This document shows, piece after piece, positions 8,669-18,542 of a stretch of 64,000 nucleotides of DNA. Numbering within the stretch: the first letter of the stretch is position 1; every line of letters begins with the position of its first letter. The DNA is from a virus. The notes under the pieces were generated by a model. It was not told the DNA's origin and ran no database searches. It worked only from the letters and a program-made list of their open reading frames with translations. The stretch covers positions 1 through 64,000 of IMG/VR virus record IMGVR_UViG_3300021961_000068; one strand, given 5' to 3'. Made by a program: the position numbers and the translations under genes.

Positions 8669-9859
8669 TTATTTAACTAGGGACTCCTCGGCGAGTCTTA
8701 ACGAGGCAATTTTTGCATATTCGGGGTTTATTTCGCATCCAATCCAATTTCGCCCATATTTCTGTGCGACTAAACCTGTTGTCCCTGAGCCAAAAAACGG
8801 GTCTAGAACAGTGGCGGGAACTGGTTGACTGTTTATGCATTCACAAGTTTTCTGCCAACCAACTTGATGTTGTGGTATAGCAACCATGTCAACACTATTA
8901 AGACGAGTAGTTGTCAATCTGTTTGGATGAACACCCAATGTGTTGTCTCTTGTTTTTCTTTCAGGTATTGTGCCTTTTTCCATTTTGCGTTCGTATTGTT
9001 TTCCGCATTGATTGCAAACACCGAATTCTGATGTGCCAGAAAGAATGCATGGTTCTATGAGTTCTGGTGGAAATGTTGCAAAATGTGCTTCTTTGAATGG
9101 TTTTACATTTATTGTCCAAACAGATCTTCTATTGCGCTTACCATCTTGTCGTGTGAGGTTTGATGTGACTCCTTTGCCGTGAACCACTCTTTGTGTTCCG
9201 TTGCGTGTACCGTCTCCAACGATTACATTTCCTGCTGTTGCCCCCGCTTCTTTGCGTTCTTGCCATGTTGCGCCGGGTTTTGTTTTTGCATCTTCTTGTA
9301 TTGCTCGTGAATCAAAAAAATATTTTGGCGATTTGGTTAGAAGAAATATGTACTCATGGCTTTTGGTGCATCTGTCTAGAACAGATTCAGGCATCGGGTT
9401 GGGTTTAGCCCAAATAATGTCTTGTCTTAAATACCATCCGTCTGCTTGTAGGGCGAAAGCAAGACGCCATGGGATACCGACTACATCTTTGTGTTTGATT
9501 GAAGTGTTGACAAATGACGACGCCATACGGTTGGATGCTTTACCTTTTTCTACAAGCGTTCCGTCACTTTCGCCTCGTGCGGTGTCAGGTGTGACTTTCC
9601 CATCTCTGAACGACGCATAACTATCACCAATGTTCAGCCACAAGGTGCCATCGTCTCGCAACACCCGATAAATTTCTCGGAATACTTTTACTAGTTCTTC
9701 AATATATTCGGTTGGTGTCGGCTCTAAACCTAGTTGCCCTTCGTTGCCGTAGTCTCGTAACCCCCAATAGGGCGGGCTCGTAACACAGCAATGAACCGAT
9801 TTATCTGCTATCTGTTTGAGTGTGTCCCGCACATCGCCAACAAGTAAATGGTTTTTCAT
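8669..9859 (-). CDS. N4-C/N6-A DNA methyltransferase (beta class) with Cys-rich insertion
   Basis: TSPPYWG, WAKPNPMPES, HFATFP, DPFFGSGTT. Confidence 0.93.
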   Translation of the reverse strand: MKNHLLVGDVRDTLKQIADKSVHCCVTSPPYWGLRDYGNEGQLGLEPTPTEYIEELVKVFREIYRVLRDDGTLWLNIGDSYASFRDGKVTPDTARGESDGTLVEKGKASNRMASSFVNTSIKHKDVVGIPWRLAFALQADGWYLRQDIIWAKPNPMPESVLDRCTKSHEYIFLLTKSPKYFFDSRAIQEDAKTKPGATWQERKEAGATAGNVIVGDGTRNGTQRVVHGKGVTSNLTRQDGKRNRRSVWTINVKPFKEAHFATFPPELIEPCILSGTSEFGVCNQCGKQYERKMEKGTIPERKTRDNTLGVHPNRLTTTRLNSVDMVAIPQHQVGWQKTCECINSQPVPATVLDPFFGSGTTGLVAQKYGRNWIGCEINPEYAKIASLRLAEESLVK

Positions 9860-10272
9860 TTTTGTTTAGACCACCGAATAATGCCATTAATTTGCGCGTT
9901 TTTCATTCTTGTTTTATATTCTCGTTCTCTTTGTTTTCTGGCTAAATACATTAAAGCGTGTTCTCCAGACAAAGTAATTTTGTACATGTTTTTCATGTTG
10001 TGATGTGTTGGGTTGGGATTATCGGATTTTTCTAAATAGCCGACATCTGATAAAAAATTTACTGCTTCACGCACTCTTTCGGGCAATACTTCTTTGAGCA
10101 TAAATTCTCGGTAATCAGTAGTCGTAAAAGAACGATTGTTTCTGAAACGGGCGTAAGACAATACTTTGTAAGCAATTGAATTGTATTTAACGTATTTGCC
10201 GGGGTTTGTTAGTGGGGTGTTTGATTTTTTTATAATTTTCGTAATCGCAATGTCTTTTTTCATTGCCGTCAA
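9856..10272 (-). CDS. Winged-helix-like protein
   Basis: VREAVNFLSDVGYLEK...YKITLSGE (wHTH wing). Confidence 0.5.
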   Translation of the reverse strand: MTAMKKDIAITKIIKKSNTPLTNPGKYVKYNSIAYKVLSYARFRNNRSFTTTDYREFMLKEVLPERVREAVNFLSDVGYLEKSDNPNPTHHNMKNMYKITLSGEHALMYLARKQREREYKTRMKNAQINGIIRWSKQK

Positions 10273-10284
10273 TTTACAGGTAAT

Positions 10285-11052
10285 TTAATAGTTTGCGTGT
10301 GCGTCAACGAAATTTAATACTCGTTCCGCAGTTGTTTCTCCGTCCGTGCCAGGATCTGTTTTTAGCCAGCGAATAAAGTCGTACCATTTTCGTTGTTGGT
10401 CAGGGCTGTCAAATACGAGCGTGTATTGAACTATGGTTTTGGAACCGTTTGCCACCACAGATGGTGCGCCTTGAGTTACTGCTTGTTGTATGTCTGTGCC
10501 TTTGGGCGCGGTGAGCATTGTTTCACCGTTCTCCATTTGAGTGCTTATTGCAGTTGGGTTATTTGATGATTCCGTCGTTGCTATTTGTTGAATGACTGGT
10601 GCTTCGTAGGGTACGTCATCCTCTTGGTAGTATTCGCCTTCCATGGCGGCTAAATCAAATTGATCCCAGCCAAGCGCATCTATCAGTGTGTCGTATTGTT
10701 CTCCGACTTCTCCTAGTAATTCAAAAAGCATATTGCTGTCTGTGGTACCGAGTTCATTTGTTCGGTTGTCGGCTAAGGCGTAAGCAATAGCGCTTTCTGT
10801 GTCGCCTTCAAATTTGACGCAAGCAATTTTATCCCAACCAAGTTTTTTAGCGGCTTCGTATTGATGGTTGCCTGCAATGATTGTTGAAGTTCCATCTTTA
10901 TTGTCTTTAATCACGATCGGCTTTACTTGACCGAATTCTTTGTATGAGGCAACAATTGCGTCTATGTTGCCTTTTCTTGGGTTGTTCTCTAGGTGAACAA
11001 GTTCGGAGAGGGGAACAGCCAAGTGCTCAATGTTTTTGTGAATATTAGACAT
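10285..11052 (-). CDS. ParB/Srx-like nuclease domain protein
   Basis: NPRKGNIDAIVASYKEFGQVKPIVI...IIAGNH...ALADNR. Confidence 0.85.
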   Translation of the reverse strand: MSNIHKNIEHLAVPLSELVHLENNPRKGNIDAIVASYKEFGQVKPIVIKDNKDGTSTIIAGNHQYEAAKKLGWDKIACVKFEGDTESAIAYALADNRTNELGTTDSNMLFELLGEVGEQYDTLIDALGWDQFDLAAMEGEYYQEDDVPYEAPVIQQIATTESSNNPTAISTQMENGETMLTAPKGTDIQQAVTQGAPSVVANGSKTIVQYTLVFDSPDQQRKWYDFIRWLKTDPGTDGETTAERVLNFVDAHANY

Positions 11053-11397
11053 CTATAATCCTGTTTGTACACGAACATTGGCGTTCAAGGTTCTGAGTGC
11101 GTCCAATGATGTTCGCACGGTCAATAGTTTTTCTCTCTTAGATTTAACCAACGCCTCACTAATCTTATATGAGTACGCTTCGTCAGAAAGTTTGTAGTCA
11201 GCCCACGCTTCTCGTTCCTTGATGCTTCCTTTGGCGGCTAGGTATTCTTTAGCCCAGTTGCCTTTCATAAGTGCATCTTTTTTCGCCGCATCTACTGCGA
11301 GAACTTCAAATGCCTCGGTTTCTTCTTCAAGAATACTCAACAAGCGCATAATCTCCGACTCAATTTCCACCTGCGATATGGGTTGCGACCTAGCCAT
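11053..11397 (-). CDS. Hypothetical coiled-coil protein
   Basis: 114-aa ORF coupled to RuvC. Confidence 0.65.
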   Translation of the reverse strand: MARSQPISQVEIESEIMRLLSILEEETEAFEVLAVDAAKKDALMKGNWAKEYLAAKGSIKEREAWADYKLSDEAYSYKISEALVKSKREKLLTVRTSLDALRTLNANVRVQTGL

Positions 11398-11920
11398 TTT
11401 TGTCCTTTTCTATTTCCTTGAAATCACATTTATCTAATCCGAGCATTTGTTCTTTTCGCCATTCGTATTCAGAAAAACCTAAATATGTAAGCGTCATTTG
11501 TTCTAGTATCCACGCATCGCATTTGTCGCTTCCATCAGCACCTGTAAACATTATCCCTGTTTTCTGTGCTACGGCGCTCATAACTTCTATTTTCCCTGAA
11601 TTACCTTTTCCTGTAGCAAATTTAGCCCTACATGTCGGTGGAATTATGACGATGGGAAGACCCAATTCCTTCATGGCGACTTTTACGACTCCACCTAGTT
11701 CCCCAATGGAGTGGGCTTGAGAATACTGAGAAGCATACGAATAGCCTTCAATTGCGACTATTTCTATTTTTTCGTTTTTTGCGATTTTTACGATTTCGTC
11801 ACGAATCTCTATGAGGCGTTTTGCACCCCTATTTTTTGACTTTATGCTCTGAGTTAACCCACCGACGCTTACCCCTGTGCTCGTCAATGAGAGATCTAGA
11901 CCCATCACATTTTTTTTCAC
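11390..11920 (-). CDS. ruvC: RuvC-like Holliday junction resolvase
   Basis: MGLDLSLTSTG...VAIEGY...ELGGV...KFATGKGN...DKCDA. Confidence 0.85.
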   Translation of the reverse strand: MKKNVMGLDLSLTSTGVSVGGLTQSIKSKNRGAKRLIEIRDEIVKIAKNEKIEIVAIEGYSYASQYSQAHSIGELGGVVKVAMKELGLPIVIIPPTCRAKFATGKGNSGKIEVMSAVAQKTGIMFTGADGSDKCDAWILEQMTLTYLGFSEYEWRKEQMLGLDKCDFKEIEKDKNG

Positions 11921-11946
11921 AGTCGCAACATTACTACAATAAATGT

Positions 11947-12381
11947 GTGATAAATAAAAAGTCTGCTCCGCAAAAAAATATTGTTTCTATTGACAAACAA
12001 GGGGCTTGGGGTGATGTTTCTTATTATCATAAACTTGAGTGCGGGCATATAGAAGTTCGCAAACGAGCGTCAACAGCCCCAAAAATTGCGTGCACTTGGT
12101 GTGTTATTGGTGAAGAAAAGGGCAGAGAATTAAAAGCATTAACTATCGTTCAGCCACCAACTCTTGAAGAAGTGTGGGACTTTTACGATGACTCAATCAA
12201 CGAGGAAGTCAATGTTGCTCAATTGCGTGCAGGAATTGCTAGCGCAATAGGTTGTCCACAGGACAGTGTTGAAGTGATATCCGAAGTCGGAGATGACAAC
12301 ATTCTTCGTGTCAATTATGTAACAATTTTTTTAGACATTGAACTCGCAAAGAAAATTGGCAAATATCAAAAAAATATTTGA
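11947..12381 (+). CDS. Hypothetical protein with Zn-ribbon-like LECGH...CTWC
   Basis: ORF 11821..12381, likely GTG start at 11947. Confidence 0.6.
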   Translation: MINKKSAPQKNIVSIDKQGAWGDVSYYHKLECGHIEVRKRASTAPKIACTWCVIGEEKGRELKALTIVQPPTLEEVWDFYDDSINEEVNVAQLRAGIASAIGCPQDSVEVISEVGDDNILRVNYVTIFLDIELAKKIGKYQKNI

Positions 12382-12448
12382 TGTTTCTCGCAAGGTTTGG
12401 TAGGGTAAGGCGAATCATCAATCACTTATAGGTTTATTCGGGGGAAAT

Positions 12449-12805
12449 TTGAAAAGTCAAGTTATAGACGACTTTTTTGATACGGAAAAAGCCGCATGCA
12501 GAGGTAAAGACATCACATTGTTTTATCCAGTCATCTCACCGCGCCAAAGAAGAATTGAGCCAACTCAATCAGCAAAGTTTATTTGCGGTCAATGCTCTGT
12601 TGCGGAAGGCTGTTTAGAGTATTCTCTCCATTTTGAACCGCTTGGTGTATGGGGTGGTAGAAATGAGGTTGAGAGAGAAATTTTGAGGCGCCAAAAAAAC
12701 ATAAGTTTGCCTTTTGACCGTCAAGCATCTCATTCGGTACGACGGTCAGTGAACGCTGGGAGGGTTGGCAGGATGGTTAACCGATTAAACTCTTTAGATG
12801 AGTAA
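12449..12805 (+). CDS. whiB: WhiB-family Fe-S transcription factor
   Basis: AAC...FYP...AKFICGQCSVAEGCLEY...GVWGG; four Cys plus G(V/I)WGG. Confidence 0.9.
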   Translation: MKSQVIDDFFDTEKAACRGKDITLFYPVISPRQRRIEPTQSAKFICGQCSVAEGCLEYSLHFEPLGVWGGRNEVEREILRRQKNISLPFDRQASHSVRRSVNAGRVGRMVNRLNSLDE

Positions 12806-14552
12806 TGTTTCCGTCCCTATTCATGTTGATAAGTTCCTAGCCAAATTAAACGGGGTTCGCTCAACAAGTAACGGATGGGAGGCACGCTGTCCCTGTCGTA
12901 ACGACGACGAAAATCCATCGCTATCCGTAGGTGTAGGTAACGAGGAAAAGATTTTGGTTACTTGCCATCGTGGTCAGGGTTGTTCCGTTGACCAAGTTTG
13001 TCAGGCGATGGGTCTCAAAGTGGTGGATTTGTACCCACCCAAAAAGGAAGAAAGAAAACTTTCTTTAGTCGCAACATACGATTACCGTGACGAAAAAGGT
13101 CAACTTTTGTTTCAAAAGCAAAGGTTTGTAGACCAGTGGGGCAAAAAAACTTTTAGGCAACGAAGACCCGATCCCGCCAATAAAGGTAAATATATTTTTT
13201 CGTTGGATGACACACCCAAAATTCTTTACCGTTTACCTGATGTGCTTCACGCTAAAAGTCTTGGTGAAGTTATTTGGCTTGTTGAGGGAGAAAAAGATGC
13301 CGACAATTTAGTCAAACTTGGCTTATGCGCAACCACCCCACCAAACGGTGCGGGTAAATGGCTTGATATACATACACGAGCATTAGAGGGCGCTCAGGTT
13401 TGGATCATTGCAGATAATGATGTTGTTGGTAGAGATCACGCAAAAATGGTCACCAAAACCCTTCAACAAAACGGTTGCACAGTTGTTAGTTGGGTTCCCC
13501 CAAATAACTATAAAGATGTTTCTGAACTTCTTGGCGCAGGTGGAAGCGTTGATGACTTAATTGAGATGGAAAACGCCGAACCGCTTGATGACATCGTTCA
13601 ACATGAAGAAGAAGAACAGCAAACAGAAGCAATCATTGAAGCAACAACTCCCCTGATAGCGCTTGCTGAGCGCATTAATTCTCTTTTAATACGAGAAGAC
13701 ATTTCTGAGACAGTACGACTTACAAAAGCATCAATGATGATTGGTTCTTTTGGGCATGAAGACGAAATTGATAGAGGCAGGCTCGTTAATTGGTCTGATT
13801 TTTTGTTGGAGGCAGAAAATGATAGTTATGACTGGATTATCCCTAATGTTCTTGAAAGAGGTGAGCGAGTAATCGTCGTTGCTGCAGAGGGTGTCGGAAA
13901 GACGATGCTCGCTAGACAGATAGCAATATGTAGTTCTTTTGGTATTAATCCATTCAATTTTTCAAGGATGAAACCAATCAGAACATTGACAATTGATCTT
14001 GAAAATCCTGAGCGAATTATTAGAAGAACTTCAGCAAATATTATGGGTGCCGCTCGGCGACTTGGATACTTAGAAGGGCAACCAGAATGCCATATTTTGA
14101 TAAAGCCTTCGGGTGTGGATTTGATGCGACCATCAGATCGTTTAATCATTGAAGAAGCAGTTGAGACTATTAAACCTGATTTAATTCTGCTCGGTCCGAT
14201 TTACAAGTCTTTCGTTGACCCAGGTGGGAGAACATCTGAATCAATTACTGTTGAAGTAGCAAAATATTTTGACATGTTGCGTGACTACTACAACTGTGCC
14301 TTATGGCTTGAGCACCATGCGCCGTTGGGGACATCTTCATCCACAAGAGATCTGAGACCATTTGGTTCTGCTGTTTGGTCACGCTGGCCGGAGTTCGGTC
14401 TTTCCCTTACCCCCGATCCAACCGCTGTTGGCGATTATGTTTACGATGTACGCCATTTCCGTGGGGCGCGAGACCTAAGAGCATTTCCGACTAAAATGAG
14501 AAGAGGGAAAGTTTTCCCGTTTGAAGTTATTGAATTCATGGAAGCATCTTAA
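12798..14552 (+). CDS. Primase-helicase (Zn finger + Toprim + RecA/AAA helicase)
   Basis: ARCPC...CHRGQGC; LVEGEKDAD and IADND Toprim; AAEGVGKT Walker A; LEHHA. Confidence 0.9.
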   Translation: MSNVSVPIHVDKFLAKLNGVRSTSNGWEARCPCRNDDENPSLSVGVGNEEKILVTCHRGQGCSVDQVCQAMGLKVVDLYPPKKEERKLSLVATYDYRDEKGQLLFQKQRFVDQWGKKTFRQRRPDPANKGKYIFSLDDTPKILYRLPDVLHAKSLGEVIWLVEGEKDADNLVKLGLCATTPPNGAGKWLDIHTRALEGAQVWIIADNDVVGRDHAKMVTKTLQQNGCTVVSWVPPNNYKDVSELLGAGGSVDDLIEMENAEPLDDIVQHEEEEQQTEAIIEATTPLIALAERINSLLIREDISETVRLTKASMMIGSFGHEDEIDRGRLVNWSDFLLEAENDSYDWIIPNVLERGERVIVVAAEGVGKTMLARQIAICSSFGINPFNFSRMKPIRTLTIDLENPERIIRRTSANIMGAARRLGYLEGQPECHILIKPSGVDLMRPSDRLIIEEAVETIKPDLILLGPIYKSFVDPGGRTSESITVEVAKYFDMLRDYYNCALWLEHHAPLGTSSSTRDLRPFGSAVWSRWPEFGLSLTPDPTAVGDYVYDVRHFRGARDLRAFPTKMRRGKVFPFEVIEFMEAS

Positions 14553-14553
14553 A

Positions 14554-15174
14554 ATGGCTGAAAAAGGATTAACAAGAGAATTTCTTGCTGAACGTGATTT
14601 GCGTATTTTTAAAATGAGACAAGCAGGGGTGCCTACAGCCGAGATTGCTAGAAGGTTTGGGATTGGCACGTCTAATGTTTCAAATTCTATTAAGAGACAA
14701 TTAAATAAATTAAGCCAAGAAGCATTGCTTGTTTATCCAGAAGTGCTTCAGATGGAACTTGAACGATTGGATGCTTTGCAGTCTGCGATCTGGCCGTTAA
14801 CGCAACACAGAAAACAGAAAATGGATGATGGTACAGAAGTTTCAATTGAACCTGACATCAAAGCGGTATCAACTGTTCTTTCAATAATTGACCGACGGGC
14901 AAAACTGCTTGGCATGGAACAAACGAATGTGAATGTTCAGATGGATGTTAGAGACGCTTCGCCAATGCGGGCGGTATTGGCTGGCGCACCAGGTGTTGTT
15001 CAGGCTGAGAAGTTTGATTCAGAGGCTGAGGCTAAAAAACTTTTGATACTGATGAGCGACGCTGGCATCATGCCTAGGGAAACAATTAAAGAACTTCTTG
15101 GTGATTTACCAGCCCTGAATGATGGCGAAGAAGATATTGAAGATGCAGATATTGTTGAAAAGACAGACGAATAA
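14554..15174 (+). CDS. HTH protein, probable terminase small subunit
   Basis: N-terminal HTH (PTAEIARRFGI); ELERLDAL...IIDRRAKLLGME pattern typical of actinophage TerS-like proteins. Confidence 0.6.
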   Translation: MAEKGLTREFLAERDLRIFKMRQAGVPTAEIARRFGIGTSNVSNSIKRQLNKLSQEALLVYPEVLQMELERLDALQSAIWPLTQHRKQKMDDGTEVSIEPDIKAVSTVLSIIDRRAKLLGMEQTNVNVQMDVRDASPMRAVLAGAPGVVQAEKFDSEAEAKKLLILMSDAGIMPRETIKELLGDLPALNDGEEDIEDADIVEKTDE

Positions 15175-15180
15175 AAACTT

Positions 15181-15813
15181 TTATACGTCATCTCTATAAA
15201 AAACTTCAAACCCGCAATGCATTATTGCAGAAGCAAGTGTTCCGAAATATATTTCTCTATCCATGGAAGTATCTACTGGTTCTGTTTTAAGTTTCAATGA
15301 TGCCTTGAGGGCGGCGGGGTATTCAATGTCTCGCATTGCTTTTCCACCGTTAAACCAAAGAACATCACCAAAGTCAACTTTTCTGCCTAGTTTTACTTGA
15401 TATGGCATGGCGACAAATGTGTGGTCGTCGTCTTTCAGGTGGGTAAAAGATATGCATTCTTTAACTGGTGAATTGTTTAAAGCAAAAAGTTGTGCAAGGT
15501 TTTCTCCCTGTGTTTCGGCGGGAGAAATTGAACAATACCCTTCTGCAGCGAGGGTGTATTCCGTAATACCCCATCCTCGTCTCATGATTATTGACGCTTC
15601 TATTAAGGACTCAATTCTCTTATTTTTTGGAGTAGCAAAAGTATTTTTCAACTGAATTATTGTTGCTAATTCATTATTTCTCCACCCAAATATGTTTATA
15701 TTTAAATCTGAGCCTATTCCATCTTCGTCTATTAAAGATGTTTTTGCGGTCTTAATTGACTCAACGCATAGCGCGATTTTGTCAAAGTCTGTCTCGTAAA
15801 AACCTGTGTACAC
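15181..15813 (-). CDS. Hypothetical protein, paralog of 2588..3124
   Basis: 210-aa ORF sharing motifs with 2588..3124. Confidence 0.7.
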   Translation of the reverse strand: MYTGFYETDFDKIALCVESIKTAKTSLIDEDGIGSDLNINIFGWRNNELATIIQLKNTFATPKNKRIESLIEASIIMRRGWGITEYTLAAEGYCSISPAETQGENLAQLFALNNSPVKECISFTHLKDDDHTFVAMPYQVKLGRKVDFGDVLWFNGGKAMRDIEYPAALKASLKLKTEPVDTSMDREIYFGTLASAIMHCGFEVFYRDDV

Positions 15814-15894
15814 AAAACAAACCCTACTTCATTAAGGCTTTATAAAAATAATAGGTTGCATTTTGTCGGAAAACTTTGTACTAGGGTTTTGAAT

Positions 15895-16188
15895 ATGACA
15901 TCAAAACAACCTAAAAAATCCAACAAAAAGAAGGCTCCTGCGAAGAAGGCTCCCGCAAAGAAGGCGTCTGCTAGCAAAAAGGCTTCCGCATCTAAAAGCA
16001 CAATCGGTGTTCAAACAAAAGACGCAGATCTTCTGCTGTCAAAAGTGGGCGAACAAAAAACACAGTTTGTGGGCGCAGAAAAAATGATGAAAGCGATTGC
16101 TGAAACATCAACTATCGTTAGGGCAAATGACGTAAAGTCAAAATCTATTCGTCAAAAAATGCTTGCGTGGTTTAAAATTTCCAAGTAG
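15895..16188 (+). CDS. Lys/Ala-rich histone-H1-like protein
   Basis: KKKAPAKKAPAKKASASKKASASK repeats. Confidence 0.65.
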   Translation: MTSKQPKKSNKKKAPAKKAPAKKASASKKASASKSTIGVQTKDADLLLSKVGEQKTQFVGAEKMMKAIAETSTIVRANDVKSKSIRQKMLAWFKISK

Positions 16189-16226
16189 TATTTGTCTCCT
16201 ACATGGGAGACAACGGGGGAGACGCA

Positions 16227-17603
16227 ATGACAGAAACAATTAGTGGGCTGCCTCTAAATCTTGATCCCAAAATTCTTCTTGGTGATGTCCGAGAAACTTT
16301 GGCTTCGTTGCCAGACAAAAGTATTCATTGCGTAGTCACATCGCCACCGTATTGGGGTTTGCGGGATTATGGCACGGCAACTTGGGTGGGTGGAGATCCC
16401 GATTGCTCACATAAAAGAGACAGTAAATTTAGCGAAAGTTGCTCAACCGGACAAAAACTTTTAGAGGGTGCGATTGGCGACGGAATCTACAAGGTTCAAT
16501 GTCCTCGTTGTGGCGCAATGAGGGAAGATAGCCAACTTGGTTTAGAGCCAACAGTGGATGAATATGTAGAACATATGGTTCAAGTTTTTCGTGAAGTTCG
16601 TAGAGTTCTACGAGACGATGGGACTTTGTGGCTAAATCTTGGTGATTCTTATGCAGGTAGCAACGGTAACGGTTGGAAGCAAGCGATTGCTACAACGAAT
16701 GCTTCAAACGGTGGCGGGGAAAACGAGATTTTCAGAGCAAAAAACGGTAGAGATGACGGCGATTTAAAACCAAAAGATTTGGTTGGTGTGCCATGGCGTG
16801 TGGCTTTTGCGTTGCAAGCAGACGGGTGGTATCTGCGTCAGGATATTATTTGGGCTAAACCGAACCCGATGCCTGAATCGGTGCGAGACAGATGCACCAA
16901 GGCGCATGAGTACATGTTTTTGCTCACTAAAAAATCTCATTATTTTTTTGACAGCGAAGCAATTAAAGAGCCAGCCAAATATGCTTATGATGACAGGGGG
17001 TCTCGTGCTGATAGTAGAAAAGGAGCAGGGATATCTAATGCGATGTATGGCTCAACAGGGGCATTCAGGAACAAGAGGTCAGTATGGACAGTAACTACCA
17101 AACCGTTCAAAGGGGCGCACTTCGCCACATTTCCACAAGACCTGATAGAGCCTTGTATTGCTGCTGGTACGAGCAAAAAGGGTTGCTGTGCTCAATGTGG
17201 CTCGCCGGTGGTTCGTCAAGTCAGTCGCAAACGGATAGCACGCAACGAACTTCCGACAAACGACCCGAGATACCGACCAAACGACTACAACGGCGCATAT
17301 GGAGAAATAAATGGGAAAGGGGACGCAGGGTTCTCTCAAACAGACACAATTGGTTGGGCTAAAGAATGTAAATGTGACACCCAAGAGGTTGTCCCTTGTA
17401 CTGTTTTGGATGTCTTTTTCGGTGCAGGAACCACTGGTGTCGTAGCCCAAAGACTCGGTAGGGCGTACCTTGGGTGTGAGTTGAACCCCGAATACGCAAA
17501 AATAGCGACCGAACGCCTCGCAAGCGAAAAAGAAAAAAACAGGCTTTTAGCAATAGAAAATGAAAGCCAGCCTTCTTTATTTGAGGTTGCTTCCGACGAG
17601 TAG
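16227..17603 (+). CDS. N4-C/N6-A DNA methyltransferase with two Cys-rich insertions
   Basis: TSPPYWG, WAKPNPMPES, HFATFP, DVFFGAGTT; paralog of 8669..9859. Confidence 0.93.
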   Translation: MTETISGLPLNLDPKILLGDVRETLASLPDKSIHCVVTSPPYWGLRDYGTATWVGGDPDCSHKRDSKFSESCSTGQKLLEGAIGDGIYKVQCPRCGAMREDSQLGLEPTVDEYVEHMVQVFREVRRVLRDDGTLWLNLGDSYAGSNGNGWKQAIATTNASNGGGENEIFRAKNGRDDGDLKPKDLVGVPWRVAFALQADGWYLRQDIIWAKPNPMPESVRDRCTKAHEYMFLLTKKSHYFFDSEAIKEPAKYAYDDRGSRADSRKGAGISNAMYGSTGAFRNKRSVWTVTTKPFKGAHFATFPQDLIEPCIAAGTSKKGCCAQCGSPVVRQVSRKRIARNELPTNDPRYRPNDYNGAYGEINGKGDAGFSQTDTIGWAKECKCDTQEVVPCTVLDVFFGAGTTGVVAQRLGRAYLGCELNPEYAKIATERLASEKEKNRLLAIENESQPSLFEVASDE

Positions 17604-17658
17604 TAAATGTTGTATGATTTATCTACATAAGAATTCTCTTTGACTTGGAGGTCAAATA

Positions 17659-18090
17659 ATGTCAGCATCAGCCCCACTCCTTCTCCCAATGACAGTCACA
17701 GGCGCTTGCGCAACATCTTCAACAGTTGTCGCTCGCACTCCTGTTGCAGGTCGTGTCCGTGGAATCACAGTCGCAGTTGGTACTGCTCCTGCAGGTTCGG
17801 CACTTAACGGAACTGTTCGCAAGGCAACAGCCGCAGGAACAGTTATCGGAACTTGGTCAATCGCAGCCGCTGGAACTTCGGCAGTCGCAACAATGTCAAC
17901 AGTAGACGGCGCTGATGAACTCGCCGCTGACGACTTGGTTCACCTCGTGGTCGCTGCTGTAGGTTCAGGAACTGCTGGTTCAAACTTGACCGCTCTTCTT
18001 CAGATTGATCAGTCAGCAGATCAAGACGGCTCAGATGTTGTTGCAGTAGCAACACTTCGTGGCAACCACCCAGGTGGCGTAGTCGCCTGA
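17659..18090 (+). CDS. Ala/Gly/Thr/Val-rich protein, possible virion decoration protein
   Basis: GGAGG RBS; composition and codon usage resemble sheath and capsid; own terminator. Confidence 0.55.
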   Translation: MSASAPLLLPMTVTGACATSSTVVARTPVAGRVRGITVAVGTAPAGSALNGTVRKATAAGTVIGTWSIAAAGTSAVATMSTVDGADELAADDLVHLVVAAVGSGTAGSNLTALLQIDQSADQDGSDVVAVATLRGNHPGGVVA

Positions 18091-18132
18091 TTTTAAGTAA
18101 GTAAGTAAAAGAGAATTAAACCCGACAAACTT

Positions 18133-18170
18133 TTAGTCCCCCACTTCCGTGCAGGTCGGTGGGGGACTAA
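18133..18170. terminator. Hairpin between convergent genes (bidirectional terminator)
   Basis: TTAGTCCCCCAC-14 nt-GTGGGGGACTAA. Confidence 0.7.
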
Positions 18171-18176
18171 TTGTAT

Positions 18177-18542
18177 TTACGGGCGTAAAAATGTTATAGC
18201 GACTCTCTCGCTTGCTCTCACAAGCAAAAACAATGCTTCAGTTTGTGTGTGTGTTGAACACCATTCCGAGATTTCTGTATCAGTAATAAGTTCCAAATAT
18301 TCACAAAAGAATCTTGACCTACCACACATAAATGGTGGCACACCGCACTCTTCTGCTTCCATGAAGCCTTCTGCTAAAAGTTTTTCTTTAGCGCCACATG
18401 CAAGAAGTATTGCCCCCCATATATCTATTTCTTTTGTGTATGGATCGTAGGTTGCGTAGTTGGAGAACCCATGTTCCTTTATGTAGTCAATAGCCTTGTC
18501 GTAGATCCCGTCAGCCCCAAGTTGTTTTAATGTTGGGAACAT
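18177..18542 (-). CDS. Hypothetical protein
   Basis: 121-aa ORF coupled to nrdJ. Confidence 0.65.
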   Translation of the reverse strand: MFPTLKQLGADGIYDKAIDYIKEHGFSNYATYDPYTKEIDIWGAILLACGAKEKLLAEGFMEAEECGVPPFMCGRSRFFCEYLELITDTEISEWCSTHTQTEALFLLVRASERVAITFLRP

